This document shows positions 37,620 through 47,853 of a stretch of DNA of 64,000 bases, piece after piece. Source of the stretch: an uncultured Flavobacteriales bacterium (lineage in GTDB: Bacteria; Bacteroidota; Bacteroidia; Flavobacteriales_D; CAJJDF01); NCBI GenBank assembly GCA_905182785.1, contig CAJJDF010000031.1, forward strand, positions 16-64,015, written 5' to 3'. Position numbers and translations under genes: made by a program. Numbering within the stretch: position 1 is the first letter of the stretch; each line of letters starts with the position of its first letter. The notes under the pieces are model-generated. The model was not told the DNA's origin, ran no database searches, and worked only from the letters and a program-made list of their open reading frames with translations.

Positions 37620-38780
37620 ATGCCTAGATATCATAAATTGGGAAATATCCCACCGAAAAGACACACTGTTTTCAAAAAGCCAGACGGCAGTTTTTATTAC
37701 GAAGAACTTTTTGGAACAATAGGATTTGACGGAATGTCATCTCTTTTGTACCACACACAAAGACCCACTCAAGTAAAAGAAGTTGTAAAGTCTTACTCTG
37801 TTGAGCCAAAAATTGCAGTAGAAAAGAACATGAAATCTTTAGCTCTTAAGGGGTTTAATGTTCCTCCAATAAATGATTTTCTCGAAAGTAGGAAGTGTGT
37901 ATTGATGAATTCAGATTGTCAAATTATATTGGCTGCTCCAAAAAAATCATTGACCGAGTATTTCTACAAGAATACTGACAGTGATGAAGTTATCTTCATT
38001 CATAAAGGAACAGGAAAGCTAAGAACAATATTGGGAAACATTGATTTTGAATACGGAGACTATTTGGTTATTCCAAGAGGAGTCATTTATCAAATTAATT
38101 TCGACACAGAAGATAACAGATTGTTTATTGTTGAATCTAAAAGTCCAATTTATACACCAAAAAGATATAGAAACTATTTTGGACAACACTTGGAACATTC
38201 GCCATTTTGCGAAAGAGACATTCATGGACCCTCAGAGTTAGAAACCTTTGATGAAAGTGGAGATTTCTTGTTAAAAGTGAAAAAACAAGACATGATTCAT
38301 GAATATATATATGCAGCTCACCCATTTAGTGTAGTAGGTTGGGATGGGTATAATTTCCCTTACAAATTTTCTATTCATGATTTTGAACCAATAACCGGAA
38401 GAATTCATCAACCCCCTCCAGTTCATCAAACATTTGAGACAAATAATTTTGTAATTTGTTCTTTTGTGCCCAGATTATATGATTATCATCCCGATTCAAT
38501 TCCAGCTCCTTACAACCACAGTAACATTGATTCTGATGAGGTTTTGTATTATGTAGATGGTGACTTTATGAGTAGGAATAACATTGAAAAAGGACAAATA
38601 ACATTACATCCTGCAGGAATACCACATGGCCCTCACCCAGGAGCAATGGAACGCAGTATTGGACATACCAAAACAGAAGAGTTAGCTGTGATGGTAGATA
38701 CTTTTAAGCCTTTAATGGTAACCGAAGAAGCAATAAAATTACAAGACGAAGCCTATTATAAATCTTGGCTAGAACATTAA
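37620..38780 (+). CDS. hmgA: homogentisate 1,2-dioxygenase
   Basis: N-terminus MPRYHKLGNIPPKRHT...FGTIGFDGMSSLLYH and overall length match bacteroidete HmgA. Confidence 0.95.
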   Translation: MPRYHKLGNIPPKRHTVFKKPDGSFYYEELFGTIGFDGMSSLLYHTQRPTQVKEVVKSYSVEPKIAVEKNMKSLALKGFNVPPINDFLESRKCVLMNSDCQIILAAPKKSLTEYFYKNTDSDEVIFIHKGTGKLRTILGNIDFEYGDYLVIPRGVIYQINFDTEDNRLFIVESKSPIYTPKRYRNYFGQHLEHSPFCERDIHGPSELETFDESGDFLLKVKKQDMIHEYIYAAHPFSVVGWDGYNFPYKFSIHDFEPITGRIHQPPPVHQTFETNNFVICSFVPRLYDYHPDSIPAPYNHSNIDSDEVLYYVDGDFMSRNNIEKGQITLHPAGIPHGPHPGAMERSIGHTKTEELAVMVDTFKPLMVTEEAIKLQDEAYYKSWLEH

Positions 38781-38881
38781 AAACAATGAACTAATTGATT
38801 AAACATGCCAATTAGATAATAAAATAAAAACTTAAAAAATTAGTTGACAACAAAATTAGTTAATTAAATAATTAAATAATT

Positions 38882-40039
38882 ATGAGTAAAGTTAAAAACG
38901 TAGAATACGGATTAGAAAAAATATTTGAAGATGCGCAGGATTTCTTGCCCCTTTTAGGAACTGATTATGTAGAGTTTATTGTGGGGAATGCGAAACAAGC
39001 AGCTCACTTTTATAAAACTGCATTTGGGTTTCAGTCTCATGCTTACAAAGGATTAGAAACGGGATGTAAAGATTATGCATCTTATGTCTTAAAACAAGAT
39101 AAAATAAGAATTGTATTAACTACACCTTTAAATTCTGAATCTTGGATGAACGATCACCTTGCAAAACATGGTGATGGAGTAAAAATAGTTGCTCTTTGGG
39201 TTGATGATGCTAAAAAATCTTGGGAAGAAACGACTAAAAGAGGTGCCAAATCTTACATGGAACCAACTGTAGAAAAAGACGAATACGGAGAAGTGGTGAG
39301 AGCTGGAATCTATACCTATGGAGAAACAGTTCACATGTTTGTGGAAAGAAAAAACTACAAAGGAGAGTTTTTACCCGGTTACGAAAAGTGGGAGTCAGAT
39401 TACAACCCTGAGCCAACAGGACTTAAATTTATTGACCACATGGTAGGAAATGTAGGTTGGAACGAAATGGATGTTTGGGTGAAATGGTATGAAGATGTAA
39501 TGGGATTTGTAAACTTCTTATCATTTGATGATAAGCAAATTACTACCGAATACTCTGCATTGATGAGTAAAGTTATGAGTAATGGAAATGGAAGGATTAA
39601 ATTCCCGATAAATGAGCCAGCTGAAGGAAAAAAGAAATCACAGATAGAAGAATACCTAGACTTTTATGAAGGCCCAGGAGTGCAACATATTGCAATGGCA
39701 ACTAATGATATATTGGATACAGTAGCAAAAATGAGAGCAAGAGGAATTCAATTCTTATCTACTCCACCAGAAGAATATTACAAAGCAGTTCCGGGAAGAT
39801 TGGAAGCGCACAACCATGAATTGGGTGAAGACATTGAAAAATTAAAAGCTCTTGGAATTATGATTGATGCAGATGAAGAAGGGTATTTATTACAGATATT
39901 CACTAAACCGATTGAAGACAGACCAACTTTATTTTTCGAGATTATTCAAAGAATGGGGGCAAAAGGGTTTGGTGCAGGAAACTTCAAAGCATTGTTTGAA
40001 TCTATTGAAAGAGAACAAGAAAAAAGAGGAACATTATAA
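38882..40039 (+). CDS. hppD: 4-hydroxyphenylpyruvate dioxygenase
   Basis: Two VOC modules and the C-terminal FEIIQRMGAKGFGAGNFKALFESIEREQ motif. Confidence 0.95.
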   Translation: MSKVKNVEYGLEKIFEDAQDFLPLLGTDYVEFIVGNAKQAAHFYKTAFGFQSHAYKGLETGCKDYASYVLKQDKIRIVLTTPLNSESWMNDHLAKHGDGVKIVALWVDDAKKSWEETTKRGAKSYMEPTVEKDEYGEVVRAGIYTYGETVHMFVERKNYKGEFLPGYEKWESDYNPEPTGLKFIDHMVGNVGWNEMDVWVKWYEDVMGFVNFLSFDDKQITTEYSALMSKVMSNGNGRIKFPINEPAEGKKKSQIEEYLDFYEGPGVQHIAMATNDILDTVAKMRARGIQFLSTPPEEYYKAVPGRLEAHNHELGEDIEKLKALGIMIDADEEGYLLQIFTKPIEDRPTLFFEIIQRMGAKGFGAGNFKALFESIEREQEKRGTL

Positions 40040-40110
40040 ATTTTTAAGTACATAGAATAAAGAGAGTAGATGATTTTAAAAGTCTATTTTCTTTTTCTTA
40101 ACTCAATAGT

Positions 40111-41049
40111 ATGACAAGAGAAGAATTATTAGCCGCAATAGATAAAAAATACGAAGCAATGGGGCAAAACCCTGACGTACATTTATCAGGATTATTGCAT
40201 GCAGAACCAATGACTTATTGGGATTTTGCTAATGTTGATGCATTGTTGAGTTTACAGATTCAAAGGACACAATTGAAAGATGAAATGGTATTTATTATGT
40301 ACCACCAAGTCAATGAACTGTTGTTTAAAATGATTTTGTGGGAGATAAAACAAATTGGAGATGAAGACAACATCCAACCAGAGAAATTTACCATGCATCT
40401 GGGTAGAATCAGTAGATACTTTGATGTACTTGCTAATTCATTTACCGTAATGGGAGATGGAATGGAACTGGAACAATACATGAAATTCCGTGACACTCTG
40501 ACTCCTGCAAGTGGATTTCAAAGTGCTCAATATCGTAAAATTGAAATCTCATCTACTGAGTTAATTAATCTAATTGATTTGAGATTTAGAGACAATATTG
40601 ACAGAGAAACTCCTTACGAACACGCGTTTGAACACATGTATTGGCAAGCTGCCGGAAAAGACTTCAAAACAGGAAAAAAGAACGCCTTATTGGTGAATTT
40701 TGAAAAGAAATACAAGGATGAGCTAATTGACTTTATGAAAGATTACAACACAGTTAATCTTTGGACGAAGTTTAAACAATTACCTGAATCCTACCAGAAA
40801 GATTTGACTTTGGTAAATGCAATGCGTCATTATGATTACACAGTAAACATAAAATGGGTAATGCATCATTACCATGCTGCTTCAAAATACCTAGGAAAAG
40901 CTGCTGCAACTGGTGGAAGTGATTGGCACAAATACATGCATCCAAAATACCAAAAACGTATTTTCTTCCCAGACTTATGGAAAGATGAAGAGAAAGACAG
41001 CTGGGGAATAACAAACCTTGAAGAAATTAATATATTAACTGAAATTTAA
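40111..41049 (+). CDS. kynA: tryptophan 2,3-dioxygenase
   Basis: TDO helical pattern (MYHQVNELLFKMILWE, FRDTLTPASGFQSAQYR). Confidence 0.85.
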   Translation: MTREELLAAIDKKYEAMGQNPDVHLSGLLHAEPMTYWDFANVDALLSLQIQRTQLKDEMVFIMYHQVNELLFKMILWEIKQIGDEDNIQPEKFTMHLGRISRYFDVLANSFTVMGDGMELEQYMKFRDTLTPASGFQSAQYRKIEISSTELINLIDLRFRDNIDRETPYEHAFEHMYWQAAGKDFKTGKKNALLVNFEKKYKDELIDFMKDYNTVNLWTKFKQLPESYQKDLTLVNAMRHYDYTVNIKWVMHHYHAASKYLGKAAATGGSDWHKYMHPKYQKRIFFPDLWKDEEKDSWGITNLEEINILTEI

Positions 41050-41074
41050 GTCAGCTTACCCTTTTTAACTAAAC

Positions 41075-41117
41075 CGCCTGAACTATATTTAATTATAATT
41101 CAGGCGTTTATTTTTTT
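41075..41117. terminator. bidirectional terminator between kynA and the M42 peptidase gene
   Basis: Stem cgcctgaa/ttcaggcg (8 bp) followed by tttattttttt. Confidence 0.6.
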
Positions 41118-41128
41118 AAAAAGAAATG

Positions 41129-42172
41129 TTAAAAACTCCAATCATAAGTATCAATCTCAGTCAAACAAGCCACAAGGATGTCAATACTTCCTTTTATGTC
41201 TTTTTTGTTTGCCATCTCTATAGACTGATGAATGTGTCTAGTTGGAATCGAAACTGCCCCAGCAATAGAACCTCCTGGTGTCATCCTTTGAATTCCTGCC
41301 GTGTCTGTTCCTCCAGCTGTAAGAATTTCTGGTTGCCAAGTAATGTTATTCTTGTCAGCAGTTTTCTTCATAAAAGAAACCATTCTGTGATCACATATAG
41401 TTTGTGAATCCATAATTTTAATAGCCGTTCCTTTTCCCAGTTCAGTTACTTTTTCGTGAGCTGCAGCTCCTGGAACATCAAAAGCAATGGTTGTATCAAT
41501 TCCAAAACCAAAATCTGGATTGATGTTTAGTGCAGAAACATTAGCCCCTCTCAATCCCACTTCTTCTTGCACAGTAAATACTGCATACACATCATAAGGA
41601 ACAGTTTTAAGCTGTTTCAACACCTCAATAAGGATGTAAACTGAAACACGATTGTCAATTGATTTACAATTCACACAATCGCCCATTTCTATCAATTCCC
41701 TTTCTCTAGTAATTGGGTTTCCAATTTCTACATATTTCTCAACTTCTTCTTTATTCATTCCCATATCAATGAAATAATCAGTCGTTTTTGGCACTTTATT
41801 TCTTTCTTCGGGAGTCATTACATGAATAGGTTTAGAACCCATAACTCCCATCAAATCTTTTTTCCCATGGATGATAACTCTTTGTGCAGTCAATGTTTTT
41901 GGATCAAATCCTCCAAGCGTATGAAAACGCACAAATCCTTCCTCATCGATATGGGTTACGATAAATCCTATTTCATCCATATGGGCACCCAACATTACTT
42001 TTTTGGAACTGTCTACTCCTCTTTTAATAGCGGTTACATTCCCTAAATTATCAATAGAGAATTCATCAACAAGAAATTCTATTTCTCTTAAGACTAATTT
42101 TCTTACTCTATTTTCAAACCCCGGAGCTCCGGCAGTTTCACATATTTCTGAAAGTAATTTTATGTCTATCAT
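41129..42172 (-). CDS. M42 family metallopeptidase (glutamyl aminopeptidase/FrvX-like)
   Basis: GAHMDEIGF and QEEVGLRGA motifs. Confidence 0.85.
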   Translation of the reverse strand: MIDIKLLSEICETAGAPGFENRVRKLVLREIEFLVDEFSIDNLGNVTAIKRGVDSSKKVMLGAHMDEIGFIVTHIDEEGFVRFHTLGGFDPKTLTAQRVIIHGKKDLMGVMGSKPIHVMTPEERNKVPKTTDYFIDMGMNKEEVEKYVEIGNPITRERELIEMGDCVNCKSIDNRVSVYILIEVLKQLKTVPYDVYAVFTVQEEVGLRGANVSALNINPDFGFGIDTTIAFDVPGAAAHEKVTELGKGTAIKIMDSQTICDHRMVSFMKKTADKNNITWQPEILTAGGTDTAGIQRMTPGGSIAGAVSIPTRHIHQSIEMANKKDIKGSIDILVACLTEIDTYDWSF

Positions 42173-42174
42173 TG

Positions 42175-42699
42175 TTATTGTTTTTTAGGCTTTCTAATAA
42201 ATAAATATTGACCCAATATTATTAAAGAGGTACTCACTGTACTACTCAGTATTGCTTTTAAGGCTATCAATGGAATTCTTCCAAAACTAAATTCTTCGAA
42301 TAAAAATAGCCCTATAAAAAAGAAAAAAGATAAGATGAAGCAATACATAATGTATTTCTGTAAATCTTCTGTGTAAACATTTAGTTCCTGAATGTCATCA
42401 ATAGGACTATCCGATTGTATCCTCGATAAAAGGAAAGGCCTTACAAAGGCCAAAAAAACACAAGCCGAAGCATGAATTCCTCCTGTATTCTGGAACATAT
42501 CAATAGTTAAACCTAGAATTAATGCGACTAATAATAAAATATATTTAGAAATATTAACCGGAAAAGTAATTAGAAATGAAATATAAACCACTATGGAGAT
42601 ATAAGGGTTTAAAAACCCCAAATTCATTTGATTAACCACAAATATTTGCAAAAATATTAATCCTGTAAATCGAAATATATTTAATAAAATTAATCTCAT
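42175..42699 (-). CDS. mreD: rod shape-determining protein MreD
   Basis: 174-aa polytopic membrane protein directly after mreC, with a 4-nt overlap. Confidence 0.7.
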   Translation of the reverse strand: MRLILLNIFRFTGLIFLQIFVVNQMNLGFLNPYISIVVYISFLITFPVNISKYILLLVALILGLTIDMFQNTGGIHASACVFLAFVRPFLLSRIQSDSPIDDIQELNVYTEDLQKYIMYCFILSFFFFIGLFLFEEFSFGRIPLIALKAILSSTVSTSLIILGQYLFIRKPKKQ

Positions 42700-43526
42700 T
42701 TATAAATGGCTGTTTGCAAAGAATCCAATTCTTCTTTATAAATATTCTTTACAATAAAAACATTATTTAATGCATTAAAATCTACACTTGTTTTTAATTT
42801 CAATAGGTAATTATTACTTCCATTTGGGATTATAACTTTTGTAACAGTTCCTACCATTTCGTTTGGCGGAAATATTCCTGAACCTCCTTGAGACACAATA
42901 GTGTCTCCCACTTTTATTTTAAAATAAGTAGGAATCCCTTTTACTGAGATTTGGTTTATTTTATCGTCTTTACCCCAGTACAACAGCCCTTTACAGCTGT
43001 CATTCAGCGGAATGACTGGAACACTAAAATCTGTATTCATCAAACTAAGGACAGTAGAATAATGATTCGAAACATCCTTTATAAAACCAATAATCCCGTT
43101 AGATGCGACAACTCCCATTTCCTTATTCACCTTTTTATTTTCTCCAACATTAAGAGTCAAAATGTTCTTCCTTCTTTGCGTGGAATTTTGAATTACAACT
43201 GAGGGCTGAAATAAATATTTCTTTTTATAAATCTCTTTATTAATCAGTATTTCATTTTCCGATACAATCGTGTAATTATGGAAAGATTCTTGTTTTAAAG
43301 AGGCATTTTGTATCGCTAAAGTATTGTTTACTGATTTTAATCCAAAATAATTTTTGATAGATTTACTTTGAGTAAAAAACCAACCCGATAACGAAGCAGT
43401 AGAGTTTAAATAACTAGACTGCTGATAGCTTGAATTGGAGATAATTATTTTAAAAATAATTAATTGCAGAAAAATAAAGAACATGAAAAATTTAATTTTA
43501 TTAAAAAATAAGAATAAATTTTTCAT
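42696..43526 (-). CDS. mreC: rod shape-determining protein MreC
   Basis: N-terminal TM and beta-rich periplasmic domains (GDTIVSQGGSGIFPPNEMVGTV). Confidence 0.85.
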   Translation of the reverse strand: MKNLFLFFNKIKFFMFFIFLQLIIFKIIISNSSYQQSSYLNSTASLSGWFFTQSKSIKNYFGLKSVNNTLAIQNASLKQESFHNYTIVSENEILINKEIYKKKYLFQPSVVIQNSTQRRKNILTLNVGENKKVNKEMGVVASNGIIGFIKDVSNHYSTVLSLMNTDFSVPVIPLNDSCKGLLYWGKDDKINQISVKGIPTYFKIKVGDTIVSQGGSGIFPPNEMVGTVTKVIIPNGSNNYLLKLKTSVDFNALNNVFIVKNIYKEELDSLQTAIYK

Positions 43527-43555
43527 GTTCTTTTAAGTATCAAAATAGATTAGGA

Positions 43556-44590
43556 TTATATCCCTTTTATTAAAAATTGGAATTTCTCTATATTGTCAAG
43601 AGCAACTCCTGTACCTCTTACTACAGAGCGAAGTGGCTCATCAGCAATATGAATTGGCAGTTGAGTTCTCAATGAAAAACGCTTGTCTAATCCTCTTAGT
43701 AAAGATCCTCCTCCCGCTAAATATATTCCTGTTTTGTAAATATCCGCAGACAGTTCTGGTGGAGTCATCTCTAAGGCAGATAAAATTGCCTCTTCAATCT
43801 TAGTAATAGATTTATCCAATGCTCCAGCAATTTCTTTGTATGAAATAGTAATTTCTTTAGGGATTCCAGTCATCAAATCTCTTCCGCGTACCGCATAATC
43901 TTCTGGTGGATCATCTAATTCGTTTGATGCCGCTCCTACCTCAATTTTTATCATTTCAGCAGTTCTCTCACCAATCAAGATATTGTGTTGTCTTCTCATG
44001 TATTCCTCAATATCTGCAGTAAAGTCATCTCCTGCTACTCTTATTGATTTATCACAAACAATTCCTCCCAAAGCAATTACTGCAATTTCTGAAGTTCCTC
44101 CACCTATATCAATAATCATGTTTCCCATTGGTTCCAAAACGTCAATTCCGATTCCAATTGCAGCAGCCATTGGCTCGTGAATCAGATATACTTCTCTTGC
44201 TCCAGCATGCTGAGCCGAGTCACTTACTGCTCTTTTTTCTACCTCTGTAATCCCAGAAGGAATACAAATCATCATTCTCATTTTAGATAAACCAGAAAAT
44301 ATTGACTTCTTTTCTTGAGTCATTTTTATCATTCCCTTTATCATCTCCTCAGTAGCTTTATAATCAGCAATCACACCATCTTTAAGAGGACGAATAGTCT
44401 TAATGTTTTCATGTGTTTTTCCATGCATCTGTTGCGCCCTTTTACCAATAGCAATAATATTATCGGTTTTGATGTCCATAGCAACAATGGAAGGTTCGTC
44501 TACAACTATCTTTCCATTTTGGATAATAATTGTGTTGGCTGTTCCCAAATCTATGGCAATTTCTTGCTGGAAAAAATTAAATAAACCCAT
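43556..44590 (-). CDS. mreB: rod shape-determining protein MreB
   Basis: Actin-like ATPase motifs (IAIDLGTANT, DIGGGTSEIA). Confidence 0.95.
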   Translation of the reverse strand: MGLFNFFQQEIAIDLGTANTIIIQNGKIVVDEPSIVAMDIKTDNIIAIGKRAQQMHGKTHENIKTIRPLKDGVIADYKATEEMIKGMIKMTQEKKSIFSGLSKMRMMICIPSGITEVEKRAVSDSAQHAGAREVYLIHEPMAAAIGIGIDVLEPMGNMIIDIGGGTSEIAVIALGGIVCDKSIRVAGDDFTADIEEYMRRQHNILIGERTAEMIKIEVGAASNELDDPPEDYAVRGRDLMTGIPKEITISYKEIAGALDKSITKIEEAILSALEMTPPELSADIYKTGIYLAGGGSLLRGLDKRFSLRTQLPIHIADEPLRSVVRGTGVALDNIEKFQFLIKGI

Positions 44591-44596
44591 TTTTTA

Positions 44597-46123
44597 TTAA
44601 TGTTTAAAGTGTCTGGTTCCCGTAAAAACCATTGAAATGTTATTTTTATTGCAATAATCAATAGATAATTCATCTTTTATTGAACCTCCTGGTTGAACCA
44701 CTGCTATTATCCCTTCGTTTCCTGCTATCTCTACACAGTCTGGAAATGGGAAAAATGCATCCGAAGCCATCACAGCTCCATTCAAGTCAAATCCAAATGA
44801 TTTTGCTTTATGTATTGCTTGGTTCAAAGCATCTACTCTAGATGTTTGACCTGTTCCACTTGCAAATAATTGCCCTCCTTTTGACAGTACAATCGTGTTT
44901 GATTTTGTGTTTTTACAAATCTTACTTGCAAACTCTAAATCAGTCATTTCTTCTGCCGAAGGAGAAGTTGTTGTTACCGTTTTAAACTCTGACTTCCTGT
45001 CTGTAATCATATCTTTATCCTGAACCAAAACTCCGTTAAGTATAGTTCTATGTTGCTTCTTAGGTAAAATAAATTGTTTTTGTACAAGAATTATTCTATT
45101 CTTTTTTCCTTTCAAAATTTCTAACGCTTCATCAGAATAAGAAGGTGCAATTACTACTTCACAAAACAAAGTGTGGATTTTTTCTGCAGTTGTTTTATCA
45201 ATCTCTGTATTAGAAATTAAAACTCCTCCAAAAGCAGAAACAGGATCTCCTGCCAATGCATCAGTATAAGCTTCTACCAAAGTATTTCTTGATGCAATCC
45301 CACAAGCGTTATTGTGCTTAAGAATAGCAAAAGTTGGTTTTACTTCTTTAAATTCTAAAATTAAATTTACAGCCGCATCCACATCAAGTAAATTATTATA
45401 CGATAATTCTTTCCCATGTAGCTTTTCAAAAAAAGAGTCTAGATCTCCATAAAAACTTCCTTTTTGGTGTGGGTTTTCTCCATACCTCAACACAGATTCA
45501 TTTTGAATACTTTCTTTAAAAGCAGCTTGAGAATCACTTGCAAAATATTTATAAATGTGAGAGTCGTAATGAGAAGAAACATTAAATGAATCAGAAGCAA
45601 ATTGCTTTCTATCTTCCAATGAAGTAACTCCTTTCTTTTCGTTCAATAGTGCCAAAAATCTATCGTACTGATTCATTGATGAAATGATAGTAACATCTTT
45701 GAAATTTTTTGCTGCTGCTCTAATCAAAGAAATTCCGCCAATATCAATTTTTTCAATAATTTCTTGTTCGCTAGCTCCTGACTTAACTGTTTCTTCAAAA
45801 GGATACAAATCCACAATTACCAAGTCCAATTCAGGAATTGCAAATTCTTTCATTTCTTCCTTATCATTTTCGTTGTCTCTTCTAGATAAAATTCCGCCAA
45901 ATACTTTGGGATGAAGAGTTTTAACTCTTCCTCCTAAAATTGAGGGGTAAGAAGTCAAATCTTCTACTGGAACAACATCCATTCCAAGATCTTCTATAAA
46001 TTTTTGGGTTCCTCCTGTTGAGTAAATAGTTACTCCTAGGTCGATTAATTTTTCAACAATTGGCTGTAGTCCGTCTTTATGGAATACAGAAATTAAGGCA
46101 GATTTCATTGTTTTTTGGGACAT
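44597..46123 (-). CDS. purH: bifunctional AICAR transformylase / IMP cyclohydrolase
   Basis: MGS-like N-terminal domain (ALISVFHKDGL...STGGT) plus an AICARFT domain. A TAtcTTTG box lies at 46140-46147. Confidence 0.95.
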   Translation of the reverse strand: MSQKTMKSALISVFHKDGLQPIVEKLIDLGVTIYSTGGTQKFIEDLGMDVVPVEDLTSYPSILGGRVKTLHPKVFGGILSRRDNENDKEEMKEFAIPELDLVIVDLYPFEETVKSGASEQEIIEKIDIGGISLIRAAAKNFKDVTIISSMNQYDRFLALLNEKKGVTSLEDRKQFASDSFNVSSHYDSHIYKYFASDSQAAFKESIQNESVLRYGENPHQKGSFYGDLDSFFEKLHGKELSYNNLLDVDAAVNLILEFKEVKPTFAILKHNNACGIASRNTLVEAYTDALAGDPVSAFGGVLISNTEIDKTTAEKIHTLFCEVVIAPSYSDEALEILKGKKNRIILVQKQFILPKKQHRTILNGVLVQDKDMITDRKSEFKTVTTTSPSAEEMTDLEFASKICKNTKSNTIVLSKGGQLFASGTGQTSRVDALNQAIHKAKSFGFDLNGAVMASDAFFPFPDCVEIAGNEGIIAVVQPGGSIKDELSIDYCNKNNISMVFTGTRHFKH

Positions 46124-46284
46124 TATTCTTCTCTTTTCTCAAAGATAATGATATACTTTGATTTTTAATGAAATATTGTACATATTTAAAATAATATTTT
46201 TCACCCCGTAAACCTTGCCACAATAGGGTTTCAAATCATTTACTTTCTCCACATTTATTCTTTTTCAATCTTTTCTTTCAGATA

Positions 46285-46317
46285 TTTGGATTCAATATAA
46301 AAATATTTATATATTTG
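46285..46317 (+). promoter_or_regulatory. candidate sigma-A promoter of tRNA-Val (TTTG-N21-TAtaTTTG)
   Basis: -33-like TTTG at 46285-46288 and a -7 box at 46310-46317. The tRNA begins 15 nt after the box. Confidence 0.5.
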
Positions 46318-46332
46318 CAAACCAATTGAAAA

Positions 46333-46410
46333 GGGCAATTAGCTCAGTTGGTTCAGAGCACCTCGTTTACACCGAGGGGGTCGGGGGTTCGAATCCCTCA
46401 TTGCCCACCA
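46333..46410 (+). tRNA. tRNA-Val (anticodon UAC), CCA encoded
   Basis: Cloverleaf drawn by hand: acceptor gggcaat/attgccc, D stem gctc/gagc, anticodon stem cctcg/cgagg with loop ttTACac, T arm ggggg-ttcgaat-ccctc, discriminator A, then CCA. Confidence 0.95.
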
Positions 46411-46415
46411 AAAAC

Positions 46416-46448
46416 AAAAAAGCCTCAGCAAATGCTGAGGCTTTTTTT
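46416..46448. terminator. bidirectional intrinsic terminator (tRNA-Val / T9SS gene)
   Basis: Stem gcctcagc/gctgaggc with loop aaat, an A-run upstream and a T7 run downstream. Confidence 0.75.
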
Positions 46449-46464
46449 ATTGCAATTTTTATGT

Positions 46465-47736
46465 CTATTTAGCAACAATCATTTTCTTGCTAACTCGGTT
46501 TCCATTTACAATTAGTGAGTAAAAATAGATTCCAGAATTCAACTCTGTTGTATTAATTTCTAACGTGTATGTCCCTGGATTTCTATTTCCTTCTGTAAAC
46601 GAAAATACTTTTTTACCTGCTATATCCCTCATTTCAAATATTACATTTGCTTCATTTTGCAAAGCATAACTAACTGTGGTAATTCCATTTGTAGGGTTAG
46701 GATAATTTTGAAATAATCGCGCTCCATTTGTTAACTCATTTGTCCCAAAAGTGTTTTGTTGCCTTAAAAACACATCAATGTCTATGGCTTCAAATTGAGT
46801 TGCTCCATACGCCAAGTAAGGAATGTATCTTCCGTTCCAACCTGTTGTACTAGTGTTGTATCTCACACTTCTATGCACAGAACTAGAACCCGTAAAATCT
46901 CCTGGTGTATAATTATGATAAGTTCCATTTCCGTTATGTTCTGCAACAACTTGTGTATATGAACCAATTCTTCTGCCCATGGTATCGCCAGCTAAATAAG
47001 TTCCTCCTGGTTTAAAATCTATTGTAATGGCAAAAATTGAGGGGACCATCAATCCTGTTGTTATTGCTCTTGGGTATATCAATCCATTTGAAATCGTATC
47101 GCTCAATAGCAAAGGTACTTTATACTCAGCCAAAACTCCAAAAGGTGCTCTTGCAATCGAATCCCAATAAAGTCTTCTATATCTTGCTGTATCATTACTC
47201 GCAGGATATTTAGTAGATTGCCCTGTGAAGTAACCCACAACATTCAGGTTATTTGTACTTCTAGGGACTACTCTGTAAATTAATGTGTCTACATGCCCGG
47301 CAGTTCCTTTCGTGTATCTTCCATAGGTTGCGATAGTATCAATATATGTAACTGCATTAATATCAAACCCATCCAATAGGCCTCCTACTCCAGCATTTAT
47401 TACTTCTGAACTTAAATCAAAAGTCATCCCAAATGAATGGAGAAATGGAATTCCTAAGCTTGTTCCATATTCTGCATGCACAGAAGTATCTGGGAATAAG
47501 TAATAATAATCATAATCGGGTGTCGAAGAATAATAAGAGGCTGTCATGTCAACAAAATTAATCTTTTGAGCAATTGTACTTCTATTTGTTGAGCTTTGAA
47601 TTCTATTTGTTTGTCTTACTGACTTATGCTCTGGCGCTTCTTTTATTTCATTATGTAGCACTGTATTTTCAACAGTTTGCGATAAACCAACTCCTAAAAA
47701 TAAAAATGTGCTGACGAAAAGTAATGTTATTCTCAT
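46465..47736 (-). CDS. secreted protein with T9SS C-terminal sorting domain (paralogue A)
   Basis: Signal peptide and a C-terminal LFQNYPNPTNGITTVSY...GIYFYSLIVNG...KKMIVAK domain. It is collinear with the upstream paralogue. Confidence 0.7.
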   Translation of the reverse strand: MRITLLFVSTFLFLGVGLSQTVENTVLHNEIKEAPEHKSVRQTNRIQSSTNRSTIAQKINFVDMTASYYSSTPDYDYYYLFPDTSVHAEYGTSLGIPFLHSFGMTFDLSSEVINAGVGGLLDGFDINAVTYIDTIATYGRYTKGTAGHVDTLIYRVVPRSTNNLNVVGYFTGQSTKYPASNDTARYRRLYWDSIARAPFGVLAEYKVPLLLSDTISNGLIYPRAITTGLMVPSIFAITIDFKPGGTYLAGDTMGRRIGSYTQVVAEHNGNGTYHNYTPGDFTGSSSVHRSVRYNTSTTGWNGRYIPYLAYGATQFEAIDIDVFLRQQNTFGTNELTNGARLFQNYPNPTNGITTVSYALQNEANVIFEMRDIAGKKVFSFTEGNRNPGTYTLEINTTELNSGIYFYSLIVNGNRVSKKMIVAK

Positions 47737-47794
47737 GGCTTTGTTTTTTTAATTGTTAAAGTATTAATAATTAAATATAATGAATCTTTTTTAC

Positions 47795-47829
47795 AAAAAA
47801 AAGTCCCAATCTTTCGATTGGGACTTTTG
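47795..47829 (-). terminator. intrinsic terminator after T9SS paralogue B
   Basis: Stem agtcccaatc/gattgggact (10 bp, 4-nt loop) followed by T8 on the minus strand. Confidence 0.75.
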
Positions 47830-47853
47830 TAAGAATTAACTTTTAAAAATGTC

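Noticed and set aside
46124-46332. ZTP (pfl) or purine riboswitch upstream of purH.
   Set aside because: The region is AT-rich and lacks the GC-rich conserved cores I remember for these riboswitches. Only a -7 box and weak hairpins are present.
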